Shown: in pieces, positions 14,824-16,543 of the stretch | Layout: every line of letters begins with the position of its first letter | Position numbering within the stretch: the first letter of the stretch is position 1 | NCBI GenBank assembly: GCA_043804895.1 | Contig: JAZDIN010000031.1 | Location: 1-16,543, forward strand | Reading direction: 5' to 3' | DNA length: 16,543 nucleotides | Source of the DNA: Candidatus Altiarchaeota archaeon | GTDB taxonomy: Archaea > Altiarchaeota > Altiarchaeia > IMC4 > SCGC-AAA252-I15 | Made by a program: the position numbers and the translations under genes | Notes under the pieces: generated by a model | Told to the model about the DNA's origin: nothing | What the model saw: the letters and a program-made list of their open reading frames with translations, nothing else | Databases searched by the model: none

Positions 14824-16543
14824 CTTTGTTTGGGGGAGGTAATAGTCCACATCCTCTAGCGGCCTTCCGTCTAGGCTATATAGTCTGAAGTAGAAACCAA
14901 TTGAGGGGGGGTGGATGTTTGTGACTTTGAGTATGATGCGATTTTCTCCTTTGTGAAGTTTTATTTGGACAAAATCGTCGTCAATTTTCAGGCTGCGCGG
15001 GGACTTGTTCTCGAATACTATCTCCTCGTTGACGTAGACCTCGAGGGCGTCGTCTCTTCCGACCCCGGCTAACAGCTCCTCGTCCTCGGGAAGGTAGACG
15101 TATGTCATCGCATAGACTACCTTGTCTTTCTCGCCGAATGTCCCCTGGAGCGACACATACTCGCAGAAGTTGTCTAGTATGACCCACCTCACGGATTCTT
15201 TCATCTGGGAGCGGTATGTCCGCGAGTAATTTACCTCACGGTAACCCTTGGGGGATATGCCCTTGGAGAGTTTTATCACCCCATATACTGAGGAATCAAA
15301 GCTAGTGTCTGGGCGTATGAGAAGCCAGTCAACCCGGTTACTGCACCCCGCACCAACTGATGCATCCAGATTCAGTTTGTAGTACGGTTGTGTGCTGCCG
15401 GAGCGTATCTTGGCAAGATTCTGCATCACCGTAGGGATGAGTTGAAATATCTTATACCAGCCGTAGTCGTTGTATACTTCAAAGGATTGGACGTCCCCGT
15501 TTTTCACCCTTATGAAGCCGGCCGGGTCGCCGGGTATTTTGTATTCCTCGATGGAAAGCTCAGGCCTGGTCTTCAGGGTTTCGAACCAGTGGTATTTTAG
15601 GATGACTTCTCCTCTGCTTGCGTTAGTAACTGTGATGGAGTTAAGTTCTGCTTTTACATTACCAGAGCCTTTAAGGAAGGGGTTAGGCATGCGATTAACC
15701 TTGTATGTGGAGAACCAGCCTATTTCCTCGCTTTTGGAGAAATATGACGGGTGGGAGTCAAAGAATTTCTTTGACTTGTTGGAGTATACGATGACCCAGT
15801 TGACGTTGTATCTTTCAACGTACTCCATTATGACGTTGGTGTCTGCTGCGGAGCCAACGTCCTTTTCGAAGGGACGAACCTCGTTGAACTTGGCGACATC
15901 ACCATGCTTAATCCAGGAGAACCAGAATGGCCCTCCGATGAACTCCCTCTGAGTAGCATAGGAGAGCATCATCAGGAAGTGGGAGCGGCCGAAGTGGTCG
16001 CCGGACCATTCCTCCTCGAAGAGTATTCTACCATTCCTGTTGGTGTTGTCTTCTATCCAGGACGCAAGGCTGACTAGATAGTTGGGCAGGACATTGGTTA
16101 CCGGCTTCTCTTGGAATCTCTGAGTAAGACCGGATAATCCAGGTATACCAGAGAGTGTGTTAACCCCGAATAAAAGGGGCAATAGCAGGAGTATAGAGAC
16201 ACCCAATGCCAGTAATTTCCCGACAGGCAGGTATGTGCTTTTAGGCAAAAGGGCACACCAAATTTTGCCGAATAGTATGTTGACACCCAAACCGGAGAGT
16301 ATGCTAAACCATAAGACGGGGAAGACAGAGAGTCGTTCAACGATGTGGATATTGCTGGGGTGTCCCAGATACCCTATGTAGAGCAGGTATGCTGAGATTA
16401 TGAAAAAGACTGCAGATTTGTGCTTTTCCCCCCGAGTATATAGGCAGACCATTGCAAAGAGGGATGCCAACAGCACAAGTGTGAGGAAGAAATTCTTTCC
16501 AGTATCCGTGTAATCCGCATAAAATCGTGACAGGCCCTCTTTG
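14815..16543 (-). CDS. Polytopic membrane protein, GT-C-like, with a C-terminal PA14-like/galactose-binding-like domain; 5' part lies beyond the right edge
   Basis: The frame stays open from 16476 to the window end (…KEGLSRFYADYTDTGKNFFLTLV). TM helices are followed by WIEDNT…GRILFE…YNVNWVIV (AglB/STT3-like soluble-domain pattern) and C-terminal YAMTYV…GRDDALEVYVN…LHKGENRIILKV…GFYFRL. Confidence 0.72.
   Translation of the reverse strand, partial: KEGLSRFYADYTDTGKNFFLTLVLLASLFAMVCLYTRGEKHKSAVFFIISAYLLYIGYLGHPSNIHIVERLSVFPVLWFSILSGLGVNILFGKIWCALLPKSTYLPVGKLLALGVSILLLLPLLFGVNTLSGIPGLSGLTQRFQEKPVTNVLPNYLVSLASWIEDNTNRNGRILFEEEWSGDHFGRSHFLMMLSYATQREFIGGPFWFSWIKHGDVAKFNEVRPFEKDVGSAADTNVIMEYVERYNVNWVIVYSNKSKKFFDSHPSYFSKSEEIGWFSTYKVNRMPNPFLKGSGNVKAELNSITVTNASRGEVILKYHWFETLKTRPELSIEEYKIPGDPAGFIRVKNGDVQSFEVYNDYGWYKIFQLIPTVMQNLAKIRSGSTQPYYKLNLDASVGAGCSNRVDWLLIRPDTSFDSSVYGVIKLSKGISPKGYREVNYSRTYRSQMKESVRWVILDNFCEYVSLQGTFGEKDKVVYAMTYVYLPEDEELLAGVGRDDALEVYVNEEIVFENKSPRSLKIDDDFVQIKLHKGENRIILKVTNIHPPSIGFYFRLYSLDGRPLEDVDYYLPQTKLS

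Noticed and set aside
1..16543. CRISPR array, tRNA, rRNA, IS/integrase, reverse transcriptase or DGR repeats
   Set aside because: No periodic repeats, cloverleaf motifs or corresponding ORFs were seen by eye. tRNAscan-SE and a self dot-plot would be the decisive checks.

Overview
Archaeal chromosomal window, based on nop5, an FtsZ2-type ftsZ, apgM, an Alu-containing SRP RNA and TATA-like promoters. The lineage cannot be fixed from sequence alone. Left to right: the 5' end of nop5 (runs off the left edge); two tandem, full-length colinear paralogous ~700-aa Ig-repeat surface proteins with C-terminal membrane anchors; an orphan helical-repeat protein with an internal duplication; a GNAT acetyltransferase; apgM; ftsZ2; an RHH-like antitoxin/PemK(MazF) toxin pair; an SRP RNA gene; a 59-aa orphan HicB missed by the ORF track; a CARDB/NEW3-like membrane-anchored protein; a B12-binding radical SAM enzyme; and two convergent GT-C-like polytopic membrane proteins with appended extracellular domains (the last runs off the right edge). 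The most notable observations are an SRP RNA of ~273 nt that appears to lack helix 6, its position between two toxin-antitoxin-derived modules beside ftsZ2, the paired surface proteins sharing a cytoplasmic SRLxK tail, and the radical SAM/GT-C locus. All family calls come from motif recognition by eye; no searches or folding programs were run.
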